54,401 nucleotides of DNA from Candidatus Iainarchaeum sp. (GCA_021162685.1 JAGGYF010000002.1:1-54401), one strand, 5' to 3'. Counted from the stretch's first letter, positions 1-10,728 are shown. Notes: generated from the sequence alone by a model not told the origin. Translations and numbers: made by a program.

Positions 1-645
1 ATTATATATGTTAATCAGAATTGGTTCCTTAGTTACAATATCCTTTCTTAGTATCTCTGGAAATCCCCCCTCTTTAAGGAAGACTTCCAGGTGATGGATA
101 ACTCTCTCCTTTTGAAAAGGATCTTTGTAATTTATTTTGTGTCTGGAAATAAACTCTCTGAATGAAAATGGGGTAACTAGTACTGTAATATGTCTCCCTG
201 TTAAGGTCCTTCCTATATCTCTTGAAATCAAAGAGGCGGATGATCCAGATACAAATATCTGCTTGAACTCACCCCTGTCGTAGTAAACCCTAATCTCCTT
301 TTCCCATTCAGTTATGTTTTGTATCTCGTCAAGGAAAACATATTTTATTTCTGGCTTTATCTCAAGGGCTGTAGAGATAGTCTTCCTAATGTCGTTGAAC
401 TCAGGGTCATCAAAGTTCAGATACAATATCTCTTCTGGCTTTGTGCCTCTTTTTATCAGGTGCGAGATGACCTGGTACATCAAGAAGGTCTTTCCAGATC
501 TACGCACTCCAATAATGTCTTTTATGTGTGGCAGGCTTGTTAAATCCAATACATCTTTTAAAATATCCCTCTCTGTCCATCCAAATGCGTTCAACTTCTG
601 TGGGTCTGACCACCAGAAGTTCCATTTCTCTATTGAAACCTTCAT
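1..645 (-). CDS. AAA-family ATP-binding protein (AAA_14/DUF4143-type), 3' end runs off the window
   Basis: My translation from ATG at 645: MKVSIEKWNFWW...IIGVRRSGKT (Walker A)...LYLNFDD...VFLDEIQ (Walker B)...VSGSS...LTGR...GGFPE. The frame is open to base 1. It is missing from the ORF track because there is no stop in the window. Confidence 0.9.
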   Translation of the reverse strand, partial: MKVSIEKWNFWWSDPQKLNAFGWTERDILKDVLDLTSLPHIKDIIGVRRSGKTFLMYQVISHLIKRGTKPEEILYLNFDDPEFNDIRKTISTALEIKPEIKYVFLDEIQNITEWEKEIRVYYDRGEFKQIFVSGSSASLISRDIGRTLTGRHITVLVTPFSFREFISRHKINYKDPFQKERVIHHLEVFLKEGGFPEILRKDIVTKEPILINIYN

Positions 646-728
646 ACATAGTTGTTATCCAAAAGCCTTTATAAATGTTTTCATTAAAGTGAAGGATTAT
701 AGTCATTTTTCCTTCACTGTTATGATAG

Positions 729-834
729 TGCTCCCGCCGGGATTTGAACCCGGGGCCTAGGCTTTCTCCAATTGTTGGGCTTTATACCCCATTTCGAGAG
801 GCCTAGATGTTTAACCGGACTACACCACGGGAGC
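729..834 (-). tRNA. tRNA-Glu(CTC) with a 31-nt canonical intron at 37/38
   Basis: Reverse complement: GCTCCCG acceptor, TAGGC-CT-CTC-G[intron]A-GCCTA anticodon arm, CCGGG-TTCAAAT-CCCGG T arm, CGGGAGC-A; mature length 75 nt. Confidence 0.93.
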
Positions 835-875
835 AATAGAGGTATTAATTTTTATAAAACGACCTTAAAAACCTT

Positions 876-3800
876 TTACTTCTCCATCCTCTTTCTTGCA
901 GTTCTATGGCTTGTTACATAGAGCATCCATAGTGAAGCGAGTGCAAGTATCGCAGCAAGCCCATATAATAGGTCTCCTCTCTTGAAAAGTAAGCCAGTCA
1001 TGAGAGTCTTTCTTCCCTCTGGTGCAGGTTTTGGTTGTGGACGTATTGTCTGTTTTGTCCTCTCAATAGTTCTCTCCTCTTCTGTCTGTTTCTCTACTTT
1101 ATTTTCCTCAACGGGTTTTAATGCAATCACTACTGGGTGGTCAAGCGCAGCGATGGTGTTCTCCTCAACATATCCACTAACAGTGTATACAATTTTGAGT
1201 GTGTCATCAGTGTCAAATTGCTTGTTCCATCCAACTGTCTTGTATGATGAGTAATCGTATGGTTTACTAAACACAGTATCCTCAACATCTTTCAGAAGAG
1301 AGTCTATGACAACAGTTTCAACAGATGCCCCTTTGTTTTTTATATTCATTGTGTATTCTGTTTCTTTGGTTTCTACAAAGTATATCCATTCCCTTGATGC
1401 CTCAAACTTGTCACAGATATCAAGCGTTTTCTCTTTGTCGTATCTATCGCCAAGTTCATCAATGATCTGCTTTATAGGAGCAGAGTTAAGCCTCTCTTCA
1501 AGGTTATCACATAGTGAGCTATATGATTTTACAAGTGTGAACTTCTGTTCCTCTGTTTCGCTGGATGTAGGCTTCGTTGAACTACCGCCAGAGGATCCAC
1601 CTCCTCCTCCACCTGAACCACAGCCTTCATCTACTACACCATCGCAATCATTATCCACGCCGTCACATACCTCAGCTGCTCCATGGTGTATATTTGCGTT
1701 ATTTGGAGAACAGTCTGTTGAGTCAGGGTCTCCATCTCCGTCAGAGTCTGGTTCAGTGGGTGTTGCGGTGGCAGTTATCACATCTTTGTTTTCATTTCCT
1801 TTTCTATCTACTGGTGTTACTCCAAAGTAGTAAAGCACATTATTTTGGAGTCCAGTAACTGTAATAGTTGTCTGTGTTGTGTTCAGCGTGCTAGTCATTC
1901 CTGACACATTTGTGAAGTTTGACGTGCTCCAATATATTTTGTATAACTCAATATCTGCTGCTTGGGAAGGATTCCATTCCAGTCTTACTTCTCCACCATT
2001 CCCTGTATCTGTTGCATTTAATCCTGTGACTATAGAAGGAGGAGTAGTGTCATTAACCGTGAAATAGATAAATGGTCCATCAAAATGATTTGCACTTAGG
2101 TCCCAGCAATACGTACCCACATAGAAATAACCATTCTGCTTCGTATTGAAGATATCTGTAAAAGTCTCGCTAGTTGAGATTATTGGGAACCCTTGTGGAT
2201 AAAACATTGAAGAAATCCAGATCAAAGAACCATCAGTTGCATTGTGCAATTCATAATTACAGGAGAGCAAACCATAATTATCTGTCACAGTAACATTCCA
2301 TGGCAAGCCTATTGAATCGTTGTATGTTACATTCTGAGGATCTGATGCCATTGTATTTGGAGGGGTATTGTCTATAATTATCCTCCAGTCTGTGTTGTTT
2401 AATCCATGGCCAAGTGTGTCATTAACAAATACACGAACTGTGAGGTTAGCATCACCATTATATGTTATGTTATAGTAACCTACACAATTTTCTGAATTGC
2501 ATGTTTTCACGTTAGACTCATTAACATATATCTCTATGGTGTCTACACCACTTACATCATTTGCAGTTACATTTATTTCTATTGTTTCATTCTGTTTTGT
2601 GAATGATTGTTCTTGCATTATGGATGTGCCATTTAATGAGATACTTACTTCTGGAGAGTCTGTATCAACAGAGAAGGACACATCTGAGAAATTGTAGTTG
2701 AATACATAATCTCTACACCATATCTCTAGTAGGTAATTGCCATCAGCACTTCCGAACATCTGTGTTACGTTTAGAGTATAGCTAACATTTGTATTGTTTC
2801 CGATCCATCCAATGCTTTTGTTATATTCGTTTGCGTCTTTATATATTACATATCCACATTTCAAAGTGTCAGCAAGATTGTCTGACACAGAAAAGTTCAA
2901 TTCAATAAGATCTGTACCATAAAGCATATTCTGAGGAGAATATATATCAATTCTGTAAGGTTCGCTGTTATCAACAGTTGCTGTTATTGTAAGATCATCG
3001 CCAAAAAGTGGGCTATTCCCAACATTATCATATACATCAAGCGGAACATACGCATATGTGTCTACGTTACTTGGATCTGTTTCACCAACATTTATTGGAA
3101 TATTATACCAGTGGCATTCCCACTCATTATCAGACACCATAGAGCAAAAATCTGGTGATATGTCCTGATCATTCTGATTCCCAGTCACGTCATTTAAGTC
3201 CGCAATTGTGTCGCTTTCCTCCAGACCGGATCCGCTCTCATTTACAACAAGGGCAACATATGCTTCTCCTCCTGTTTTTAACCAGTTTTCTTTTGGTTCA
3301 GTATCATTGTCATATTGATAAATGAGGTATGAGCTTAGTAGTATACTTGCATTCTCTATTACGGGCGCAGTGTCATCAATTGAAAATTCATTTGATACTC
3401 CATTGTTATTCTCAGCAAGATCCCAGGCCATTATAATATACTCGATAGTAGTTTCACCTAGTTGTTGAGGTATTGCTGCAGTATAATTATCTCCACCAAC
3501 GTTTGTCATTAGGGTTACTTCGAAATCATCCATTGTTCCGTTTTTCCACCACAACCTCACATTATTTGTGTCAAGATGCAGGTCAGTTATAGTAGCGTTT
3601 ACCTGGAAAGGACCCGAACTATTTGTATCAGGTAACGGGTCATGTATAATTTCTGGAGGAGTGTAATCAGCGGTTATGTTTACTGTTGTGTAGTTCCCAT
3701 CATTATCTAAGTCAGCTTTTATAGTGAGATTTTCATTATCGTTAAGTTTAACATACCAAACATTATCACAAGCAAAGAATGTAGGACCAGTCCATATGTT

Positions 3801-4097
3801 AAATATGCCTCGATAGTCACCATCATCTGCTCCACCAAATGTTCCATCATCATATACTGTTATGTTTAGTGTTTCATATGGGGTAATCAATGTTACTGTT
3901 TTGTTTTCTCCAGATGTAACACCATCACTAACATTTACAAAAACCTTTGTGTCAAGTTGGGAACATCCTCCATAGTATGCTTCTGAGAACACTGTTGAGG
4001 CTTCTGCTCCCCAGTCCCAAAGGGATGTTGTAATGGCGTCCTGGGCACCCATCACCCCAGCTAGCAGAATAAACAGCAGTAAAGCGGCCTTTCTCAT
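876..4097 (-). CDS. Large secreted, C-terminally anchored surface (glyco)protein: Ig-like repeats, FN3, MopE-like Cys/Asp metal-binding motif, Gly/Ser linker
   Basis: Signal peptide [18 protein letters not shown]; repeated D-x-T-x-P domain junctions; FN3-like segment (LEWNPS...YKIYW...[18 protein letters not shown]); [11 protein letters not shown]...[20 protein letters not shown]; C-terminal TM followed by a basic tail; many N-x-S/T sequons. Start placed at ATG 4097. Confidence 0.85.
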   Translation of the reverse strand: MRKAALLLFILLAGVMGAQDAITTSLWDWGAEASTVFSEAYYGGCSQLDTKVFVNVSDGVTSGENKTVTLITPYETLNITVYDDGTFGGADDGDYRGIFNIWTGPTFFACDNVWYVKLNDNENLTIKADLDNDGNYTTVNITADYTPPEIIHDPLPDTNSSGPFQVNATITDLHLDTNNVRLWWKNGTMDDFEVTLMTNVGGDNYTAAIPQQLGETTIEYIIMAWDLAENNNGVSNEFSIDDTAPVIENASILLSSYLIYQYDNDTEPKENWLKTGGEAYVALVVNESGSGLEESDTIADLNDVTGNQNDQDISPDFCSMVSDNEWECHWYNIPINVGETDPSNVDTYAYVPLDVYDNVGNSPLFGDDLTITATVDNSEPYRIDIYSPQNMLYGTDLIELNFSVSDNLADTLKCGYVIYKDANEYNKSIGWIGNNTNVSYTLNVTQMFGSADGNYLLEIWCRDYVFNYNFSDVSFSVDTDSPEVSISLNGTSIMQEQSFTKQNETIEINVTANDVSGVDTIEIYVNESNVKTCNSENCVGYYNITYNGDANLTVRVFVNDTLGHGLNNTDWRIIIDNTPPNTMASDPQNVTYNDSIGLPWNVTVTDNYGLLSCNYELHNATDGSLIWISSMFYPQGFPIISTSETFTDIFNTKQNGYFYVGTYCWDLSANHFDGPFIYFTVNDTTPPSIVTGLNATDTGNGGEVRLEWNPSQAADIELYKIYWSTSNFTNVSGMTSTLNTTQTTITVTGLQNNVLYYFGVTPVDRKGNENKDVITATATPTEPDSDGDGDPDSTDCSPNNANIHHGAAEVCDGVDNDCDGVVDEGCGSGGGGGGSSGGSSTKPTSSETEEQKFTLVKSYSSLCDNLEERLNSAPIKQIIDELGDRYDKEKTLDICDKFEASREWIYFVETKETEYTMNIKNKGASVETVVIDSLLKDVEDTVFSKPYDYSSYKTVGWNKQFDTDDTLKIVYTVSGYVEENTIAALDHPVVIALKPVEENKVEKQTEEERTIERTKQTIRPQPKPAPEGRKTLMTGLLFKRGDLLYGLAAILALASLWMLYVTSHRTARKRMEK

Positions 4098-4170
4098 AGT
4101 TATCACTGAGGAAATAACTCAATTACAATATAAAAGCATTTCGTTTTTAGAACCACTGCATAGTTACAAA

Positions 4171-4626
4171 TTATGGATAGTCGTCAACACTTTCGCCAGG
4201 AAGCAGTCTTCCATGGTGATGCAACTGTCTTAAAAGTGCCTCTGCGTATGGGCCAGCACTTTCAGGCTCTCTCTCCCTCTCCTTATCAATCCTTTTCCTC
4301 AGTTCTTCAATCATCTTTTCAGTCAGAAGGGCGTTCCATTTTCTCTCAAATTTTTCCCACACGTCTTCTTTTATTTTTGGATTTTCAACATTAAGTTTTC
4401 TAAATGGTATCCCGTAGTTTTCTTCAAGGAGGATATGTACAAGGCCTTCCCTAAGTTCTGTTTCGGTTATGCCTCTCCTCCTGCAGAATTCCGCTATGAG
4501 ATGCTCTGGATTTTTCATCATCTGTTTTCTATATTCTCTATCCCACTTTGCAGTGTAGAGGTCTTCTTTTATCCAGTAGTCTGATTCTCTTCTCTCTTCT
4601 CTGCCCATTGGTCTCCATGGTGACAT
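4171..4626 (-). CDS. Hypothetical charged protein
   Basis: 151-aa ORF with Glu/Arg/Lys-rich composition; its ATG lies 2 nt after the 3' end of tRNA-Val. Confidence 0.6.
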   Translation of the reverse strand: MSPWRPMGREERRESDYWIKEDLYTAKWDREYRKQMMKNPEHLIAEFCRRRGITETELREGLVHILLEENYGIPFRKLNVENPKIKEDVWEKFERKWNALLTEKMIEELRKRIDKEREREPESAGPYAEALLRQLHHHGRLLPGESVDDYP

Positions 4627-4628
4627 AA

Positions 4629-4701
4629 TGGACCCGGGGAGATTCGAACTCCCGATCTTCGCCGTGTGAAGGCGACGTCCTAACCACTAGACTACGGGTC
4701 C
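4629..4701 (-). tRNA. tRNA-Val(CAC)
   Basis: Reverse complement GGACCCG...TCGCC-TT-CAC-AC-GGCGA...GGGAG-TTCGAAT-CTCCC-CGGGTCC-A, 73 nt. Confidence 0.95.
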
Positions 4702-4755
4702 GTGCTTTTATTATTTTCTACAATGCTTTATTAATACTTTTGCGAATAATATACT

Positions 4756-5229
4756 ATGCCAGTTCTCAGAAAAACATATAAGGATGTTAGGGTTAGCAAC
4801 AACAAACTCACACATGTCATCTACACATTTGGTAAAGGGGCAGAGATTCATGAAAGAGCGGAATATTCCATTATTAATACACATTCACTCCTTTTGCGTG
4901 ATTATAAAGATGTCAACAAGGCGAACAGACACATCATAAAAATACTCAATGATGTTGAGGAAAGGATAATGGAGGAGTTTGGGGAAAACCCATTCAAAAG
5001 CGAGATTACCACCAAAGATGTTGATAAAAAGCAAAAGCAACATAATGAAAATCTTAACATAAATGCGCGTGTTGTGATAGGAGATGTATTTGAAAAGCAT
5101 AAGGGGAACAAGGACCTTAAACTATCGCTTGTTACATATCTCCAACTGGTACCATATGTTGAACATAGGATAAGAGGGATAATCTCACAACACGCAGAGG
5201 AGAGAAGAAACGAGATCAGAAGGCGCTAA
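4756..5229 (+). CDS. Hypothetical protein
   Basis: 157-aa ORF with an AT-rich, TATA-like region upstream; no recognised motif. Confidence 0.6.
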   Translation: MPVLRKTYKDVRVSNNKLTHVIYTFGKGAEIHERAEYSIINTHSLLLRDYKDVNKANRHIIKILNDVEERIMEEFGENPFKSEITTKDVDKKQKQHNENLNINARVVIGDVFEKHKGNKDLKLSLVTYLQLVPYVEHRIRGIISQHAEERRNEIRRR

Positions 5230-5611
5230 ATTCAATATCAGCCAATGTTTTTGTCCTGTCCATTTGTTGTGCTGTTTCCATAACCTCTTTCACAAGTTCA
5301 CGTTGTTCAATGAGATCATTTAGATCTTTTCTATATATGCAAATCTTTCCTTCTAGTTGGAATTTATGCTCTCTTATTTCATCTCTCTTTTCATTGTCAG
5401 CATACTTAAAACTCTTCTCTACTGTCTCAAGTTCCCCTCTCTTTTCTTCGAGCATTTCCTTTTTTAACTCTATTCTTTTTTCTAGTTTTTCAGCAAGCTC
5501 TTGCATCTTCTGTATTGCATCTTTGATGTTTTGCTCAGGATACAACTCAACATTATTCAATATGGCTATTGTCCTTAGAACGCTCAATACCTTCAATGTA
5601 TTCTCATTCAT
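5216..5611 (-). CDS. Hypothetical coiled-coil protein
   Basis: 131-aa Glu/Lys-rich helical ORF, convergent with 4756..5229. Confidence 0.65.
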   Translation of the reverse strand: MNENTLKVLSVLRTIAILNNVELYPEQNIKDAIQKMQELAEKLEKRIELKKEMLEEKRGELETVEKSFKYADNEKRDEIREHKFQLEGKICIYRKDLNDLIEQRELVKEVMETAQQMDRTKTLADIEFSAF

Positions 5612-5706
5612 AATTAGTTTTTGGGTTTCTCAAATAAAAATGGATACCAAAATATGCAAAATCTATTAAATAGATTTTTATCTTTGAATGTTTTTCTATT
5701 ATATGT

Positions 5707-6912
5707 ATGTTGAAGATACTCAGATTTATACGTAAAGCGCATATGCCATTACTTACGGTTTCTCTCGTAGCGCTCTTTTGGACATTTGGAAGTGGGGCAT
5801 TCGAGTTTATGCTCCCAACATTTCTGGATGGGCTACTCAAAGGGAACGCATTTCTTGTTGGAGTACTTCTAGCATTGCCAGGATTTGTGGCAGTGATATC
5901 TGATATCCCAATTGGAGAGATATGTGACAAGGTCAGCAGAAAAACCATTATCGCATGGGCATTAACAGGCATTGCTGCAACCGCATTATTAATGCTAGGA
6001 CTTAACAATTTTTGGTGGCTTGTACCTGTTTTCCTACTTTGGGGATTTTTTTATCAATTAATCGCAGTTCCAATGTACTCCTATTTGGTAGAGATATCTC
6101 CAAAGAGAATGAGTGCGGAATATGCAGGAGTATACACAACATTTGTTGCACTTGGATTTTCAGTTGGGCCACTGATAGGAGGGCTACTACTTTCCACATT
6201 TACAGAAACTTCTGTATTTTATTTCTATGCCACTATCTGTATCCTTGTTTCTGTTGGGGTGATGCTTTCTCTAAAGAGAATTCGCAAATGTCAAAAACCA
6301 GTTTCTGAAGGTATTATAGAAGTTATAAAAGAGGACAAACTTTTCATTGAAGGATTAACTGCTTTTAGAAAACTCGGCTCAACAGGGCGCACTCTTCTGC
6401 TTTTTTCTTGTATTATTGCGTTGTGGGACTCCATTGTTTGGGTCTCTGAACCATTGTACTATTCTGTTATGCATTTTGATCCTTCATTTGGTGGCTTATT
6501 GCTTATGGTTTTCGTCGTTCCTTATGTTATTTTTTCGTCTATTGGGGGCATTATTGCTGATCGGTGTGGGAAGAAGAAAACAGCAACTTTAGGTCTTATT
6601 ATTGCAATTATCTCCTCTCTCTGTTTTGTTTTAGACAAAGGTGCTGGAATAAAACTCATAAGTGCATTTCTGATTTCTACAGGTCTTGCTGTTGTTTGGT
6701 CTTCTGTAAGCGGTATGCTAATAAGCAGATGTCCAAGGAGAATGAGTGGAGAGATAAGTGGTGTTTGGAGTACAGCATCTGACGTAGGATATACAATAGG
6801 GCCAATTGTAGCAGGAGCACTGTTCTCTATCCACCCTCTGTTGCCGTTCTGTTTTGGAACTTTTATGTTTGTTGTACTATTGATAGTTTTAGCATTTGTA
6901 GAGGGAGAATAA
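5707..6912 (+). CDS. MFS transporter
   Basis: About 12 hydrophobic segments; motif-A-like GEICDKVSRK and GGIIADRCGKK; GxxxGPxxGG motifs in both halves. Confidence 0.92.
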   Translation: MLKILRFIRKAHMPLLTVSLVALFWTFGSGAFEFMLPTFLDGLLKGNAFLVGVLLALPGFVAVISDIPIGEICDKVSRKTIIAWALTGIAATALLMLGLNNFWWLVPVFLLWGFFYQLIAVPMYSYLVEISPKRMSAEYAGVYTTFVALGFSVGPLIGGLLLSTFTETSVFYFYATICILVSVGVMLSLKRIRKCQKPVSEGIIEVIKEDKLFIEGLTAFRKLGSTGRTLLLFSCIIALWDSIVWVSEPLYYSVMHFDPSFGGLLLMVFVVPYVIFSSIGGIIADRCGKKKTATLGLIIAIISSLCFVLDKGAGIKLISAFLISTGLAVVWSSVSGMLISRCPRRMSGEISGVWSTASDVGYTIGPIVAGALFSIHPLLPFCFGTFMFVVLLIVLAFVEGE

Positions 6913-6976
6913 TAAAACAGAAGCACTTAAATAATAGAAATACACTAAATACCATCTTCTGTACAAGATTTAACAT

Positions 6977-7049
6977 AGCCCCGTGGTGTAGTGGCCAAGC
7001 ATGCAAGGCTCTGGACCTTGCGACAGCGGTTCGAATCCGCTCGGGGCTA
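6977..7049 (+). tRNA. tRNA-Gln(CTG)
   Basis: AGCCCCG...CAAGG-CT-CTG-GA-CCTTG...AGCGG-TTCGAAT-CCGCT-CGGGGCT-A; the A1-U72 pair is typical of archaeal tRNA-Gln. Confidence 0.95.
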
Positions 7050-7052
7050 TTA

Positions 7053-7727
7053 TTATTCTAATGGGTTTTCTCCGCAATCAATATTCTTTTCTATTTCATC
7101 TGCCTCTGTCAGCCCCTGATACACTCTCTCTCCGTTTATAACAAGTGCTGGCACCTTTTGTATGTTGTACTGTTTTTCTATAACCTTAACCAAGTCAATG
7201 TCTGTGTTATAGGGCAATGCGAAAACCCACGTATTCCTGCATTTGTTTCTCACAGTGTCCAGGATTGATGCTTGGACTCCACAATCTGGGCAAGCTGAAT
7301 GGTCAGGATCATTTTCGGCATAGAAATATATTATGTAGTTAACACTTTCGTTGCATTCATCTCTGAGCTTTTTGAACTGGAGGAAGAGCTCAAAATCTTT
7401 GTAGATAAATGTCTTTTTTATGGCATAATAATCAGGACTAAAAACGTTTGAGTTTCTATATGCGTCAATCTTTCTAGCAAGCATGTCTGCCTTTTCAACC
7501 TGCTGTATAATTCTGTGTTTCATTATTGTACATTGGGCGTTTTTGTCGCCGTGCATAGATTCCAAATAATTCAAGAACAATCTTGAATCTTCCATCTCCC
7601 AACTCATCTGTTGCATTTGCTCAGATATAACATTAATCCTCTGTTTGTCTAGTATCCAAAGTGATGCCATGCTTGCGATTATGAGCAATGCACCCAACAC
7701 CAATCCTTTAACATATACACTTACCAT
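7053..7727 (-). CDS. Membrane-anchored thioredoxin-fold protein
   Basis: N-terminal TM; IIYFY...CPDC (CxxC); YNIQKVPALVING cis-Pro motif; overlaps the stop of the GT2 gene. Confidence 0.75.
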   Translation of the reverse strand: MVSVYVKGLVLGALLIIASMASLWILDKQRINVISEQMQQMSWEMEDSRLFLNYLESMHGDKNAQCTIMKHRIIQQVEKADMLARKIDAYRNSNVFSPDYYAIKKTFIYKDFELFLQFKKLRDECNESVNYIIYFYAENDPDHSACPDCGVQASILDTVRNKCRNTWVFALPYNTDIDLVKVIEKQYNIQKVPALVINGERVYQGLTEADEIEKNIDCGENPLE

Positions 7728-9013
7728 ACCTTTCTACTCCCTTTAAGTTCATGAAAGAAACTCATCGTGTACGAGAATGTGATAAAGAATGAATACAAAA
7801 TCAAATAAAAAAGTATGTATGGTATCTCTGTAATTTTTGGTTTCCTTCTGTCAAATCTCATGCTTACATATAATAAATAACCCCAGAGGAGCAATGTTAG
7901 GACAAGAAACACAAGGTAGGGGGGCCATGCCAGTGGGTCTATATTCATAAGGAACTCTACCCTGAATGCATTATGCATGATTGTTGCGATAAACTGTTTT
8001 GCGTCCAGTATGAAACGTTTGGAGTTTATTGTGATAAATCCTATAAGGACAACCATGGAGAGGAATTCAACAATGAATGTAACGGGGAATACAAACATTC
8101 CGAACTGACCGTAAAACTTGTTGAAGATTAGATGCTTATATTTCAGGCCATTGAATATCTTTCCTCTGTACCACCTTATCCGCTGTCTGAAGTAACTTCG
8201 TAATGTATGGGGGACTTCTGTGTAAACCTTTGTGTTGACGCAGCACTCTATTTTCCATCCCTTTTCTTGCAGTGCCAGCGCAATCTCCATATCTTCTGTT
8301 ATATTACCTTCGTCAAATCCACCTACTTCTTTAACTGCTTTTGTTCTGTATATTGTCATTGGCCCAGGAGTAACATACAAACTTCTTAGTGATGAAATGC
8401 TTTTGTGCCAGAAACCAAATGCAACATAGTACTCAAATTCCTGTATCTTCTGTAAAAAGTTTCTTGGCTTTGAAGGCAGTATCAAAACAGTGACTGCACC
8501 AACCTTTGGATCATTGAAGTAGCCAACCATCTTCATCAAAGCATCTTTGCTTGGATAGGTATCTGAATCAATATTCGCAACAAGTTCTGTCTTAACCTTT
8601 TTCAGCACCTTATTCAAACTTACTGCTTTCCCCATGTTCTTCTTGTTCCTTATAATTGTTATCCCCTTAAACTTCTTTATCTTCTCATATGTCCCATCTG
8701 TGCTGCCGTCATCTATCACAATAACCTTGAATTTCTTAGGGTATTCCATGGCAAGGATGTGCCTCAAACTTTTCTCAATAGTGTCAGCAGCGTTATATGC
8801 TGGCACAATTATCGTTAGTGAGGGATATCGCTTAGGTTTTGGATCCTTTGTATCTGTTTCTTCAAGAGCGACAAGAAATATAGCAGCCTGCGTTACAAAG
8901 ATTGTTGAGCTTATGGTGAATATCCAATAAGGGTTGAAATAGGTAAATAATGCAATAGAAAAGAATACAAAGAGAGAGAATACTAACACACCAGCAACTG
9001 TTCTTAATCTCAT
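7721..9013 (-). CDS. Processive GT2 glycosyltransferase (cellulose/PNAG synthase-like)
   Basis: IIVPAYN, DDGSTD, GKA, DSD, TED and QRIRW (QxxRW) motifs; N- and C-terminal TMs. Start set at ATG 9013 (alternative TTG 9073). Confidence 0.9.
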   Translation of the reverse strand: MRLRTVAGVLVFSLFVFFSIALFTYFNPYWIFTISSTIFVTQAAIFLVALEETDTKDPKPKRYPSLTIIVPAYNAADTIEKSLRHILAMEYPKKFKVIVIDDGSTDGTYEKIKKFKGITIIRNKKNMGKAVSLNKVLKKVKTELVANIDSDTYPSKDALMKMVGYFNDPKVGAVTVLILPSKPRNFLQKIQEFEYYVAFGFWHKSISSLRSLYVTPGPMTIYRTKAVKEVGGFDEGNITEDMEIALALQEKGWKIECCVNTKVYTEVPHTLRSYFRQRIRWYRGKIFNGLKYKHLIFNKFYGQFGMFVFPVTFIVEFLSMVVLIGFITINSKRFILDAKQFIATIMHNAFRVEFLMNIDPLAWPPYLVFLVLTLLLWGYLLYVSMRFDRRKPKITEIPYILFYLILYSFFITFSYTMSFFHELKGSRKVW

Positions 9014-9136
9014 AGTAACGTGTTGTTTTGGTTTTATTGATTTATATTTCTTCTCATGTTTTATTTTTTGCAAAACGCAACATTTATTAATGCTTCTTCC
9101 GTTTTTTTAACAAAGTATTGGCAGGAGGTTAAACAT

Positions 9137-9721
9137 ATGGTAGACTATATGGCAGCGTTGAAAAGACCGTTTTCAGACCTGAAAGCATTTATCATAGGCG
9201 CAATTGTGGGCATTATACCTATTGTAAACTTAGCGTTCACAGGGTATCTATTGGATTGTGCAGCTACAGCATCAAGGAGGGACTATAGGCTCCCAGAGTG
9301 GACGAACTGGGGCAGATTGTTTGTCAGGGGGATAATGGCGTTTATCATAGCAATTATATACTATATACCAGTGGCGATAGTTGTGGTATTCTTCGCGCTA
9401 CTTGGGATGGCGGTGAAGAGTGCCGTGGTACCATTGATTGGATTGCTGTTCGTGCTTCTGGTGGCACTTATAATTGGTCTGATGTTGCCAATGGCACTAG
9501 TTTCATACGCAATACATGATGACATAAAAGCAGCGTTCAGTAATGAAGTGGTACGAAGGGTGTTCACAGGGAAGTACATTGTTGCATGGATTATTGTAGC
9601 AATTGTGTCGTCTATATTGTTATTGCTAGCTCTGATACCATTCATCGGTATAATGGTTGCATTGGTCGTAATAGGCGTATTTGGCAATACAGTGTATGGT
9701 ACATTATACTCAGAGCTTTAG
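9137..9721 (+). CDS. DUF4013-like membrane protein
   Basis: GGAGG RBS then MVDYMAALKRPF; IPIVN...GY...LPEW.NWG.LF..G pattern; multiple TMs. Confidence 0.8.
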   Translation: MVDYMAALKRPFSDLKAFIIGAIVGIIPIVNLAFTGYLLDCAATASRRDYRLPEWTNWGRLFVRGIMAFIIAIIYYIPVAIVVVFFALLGMAVKSAVVPLIGLLFVLLVALIIGLMLPMALVSYAIHDDIKAAFSNEVVRRVFTGKYIVAWIIVAIVSSILLLLALIPFIGIMVALVVIGVFGNTVYGTLYSEL

Positions 9722-9825
9722 AATCCATGAGGACATTGTCCTCATCATCCCTATTCTTTTCCATTCTTCTCTGCAATCAATAAGCTTTTATAGTATTGCG
9801 TTATAAATTATTCCCTGGGTTAATT

Positions 9826-10728
9826 ATGTGGGATAGAAGACATGTTATATCCATAGACGATTTCTCTCGCGAGGACATTGAAGATGTTTTAAAAAACACA
9901 GCAAAAATGGACGAATACCTTGAAAAAGGAAATGTACCAGAGCTCATGAAGGGAAAGATCCTTGCAACCTTGTTCTTTGAACCAAGTACAAGGACCAGGC
10001 TATCATTTGAGGCTGCTATGCAACGTCTGGGTGGTACTGTTATTGGATTTTCTGACCCAAGTGCAACCTCCATAAAGAAAAAGGAGACAACAGCAGATAC
10101 TGTGAGGATGGCAGCAGCGTATGCGGATGTTATTGCAATGAGGCATCCTTATCCAGGAGCAGCAAAGTTAGCAGCGCAGGTTTCCTCTGTGCCCATACTA
10201 AATGGAGGGGATGGCTCTAACCAGCATCCAACGCAAACACTTCTTGATTTGTACACAATAAAAAAGGAACTTGGTACACTGGATGGGATAAAGATAGCGA
10301 TGGTAGGCGACCTGAAGTATGGAAGAACTGTACACTCATTGTGTACTGCACTAAAACTATTTGATGCCACATTCAAGTTTATTTCACCAGAGCAATTGCG
10401 AATGCCAGATACCTACAAAAGAGGGTTAACATATGAAGAAACAACCGAACTTGATGTAAGCGATGCAGATGTAGTTTACGTGACAAGAATACAAGCAGAG
10501 AGATTCCCAGACCCAGCTGAATATGAGAAATTGAAAGGGTTTTATGTCATAAACAAAAAGGTTGTCTCAACAATGAAAGAAAAGAGCATCATTATGCATC
10601 CACTTCCAAGGGTAGATGAGATACATTATGAGGTGGATTCGGACCCAAGGGCAAAATACTTTAAACAAGCATACTATGGGGTGCCAACAAGAATGGCATT
10701 GATTGCAATGGTGATGGGGGCGATATAG
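9826..10728 (+). CDS. pyrB: Aspartate carbamoyltransferase, catalytic subunit
   Basis: FFEPSTRTRLSF, HPTQTLLD, GDLKYGRTVHS, YVTRIQAER and MHPLPRVDEI motifs. Confidence 0.98.
   Translation: MWDRRHVISIDDFSREDIEDVLKNTAKMDEYLEKGNVPELMKGKILATLFFEPSTRTRLSFEAAMQRLGGTVIGFSDPSATSIKKKETTADTVRMAAAYADVIAMRHPYPGAAKLAAQVSSVPILNGGDGSNQHPTQTLLDLYTIKKELGTLDGIKIAMVGDLKYGRTVHSLCTALKLFDATFKFISPEQLRMPDTYKRGLTYEETTELDVSDADVVYVTRIQAERFPDPAEYEKLKGFYVINKKVVSTMKEKSIIMHPLPRVDEIHYEVDSDPRAKYFKQAYYGVPTRMALIAMVMGAI

Noticed and set aside
314-760. ORF-track entries 314..760(+), 319..543(+) and 500..706(-)
   Set aside because: They are shadow or off-frame ORFs of the minus-strand ATPase starting at 645; 314..760 also runs into tRNA-Glu.
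1580-1625. CCT/CCA-rich simple repeat
   Set aside because: It is the coding sequence of a Gly/Ser linker.
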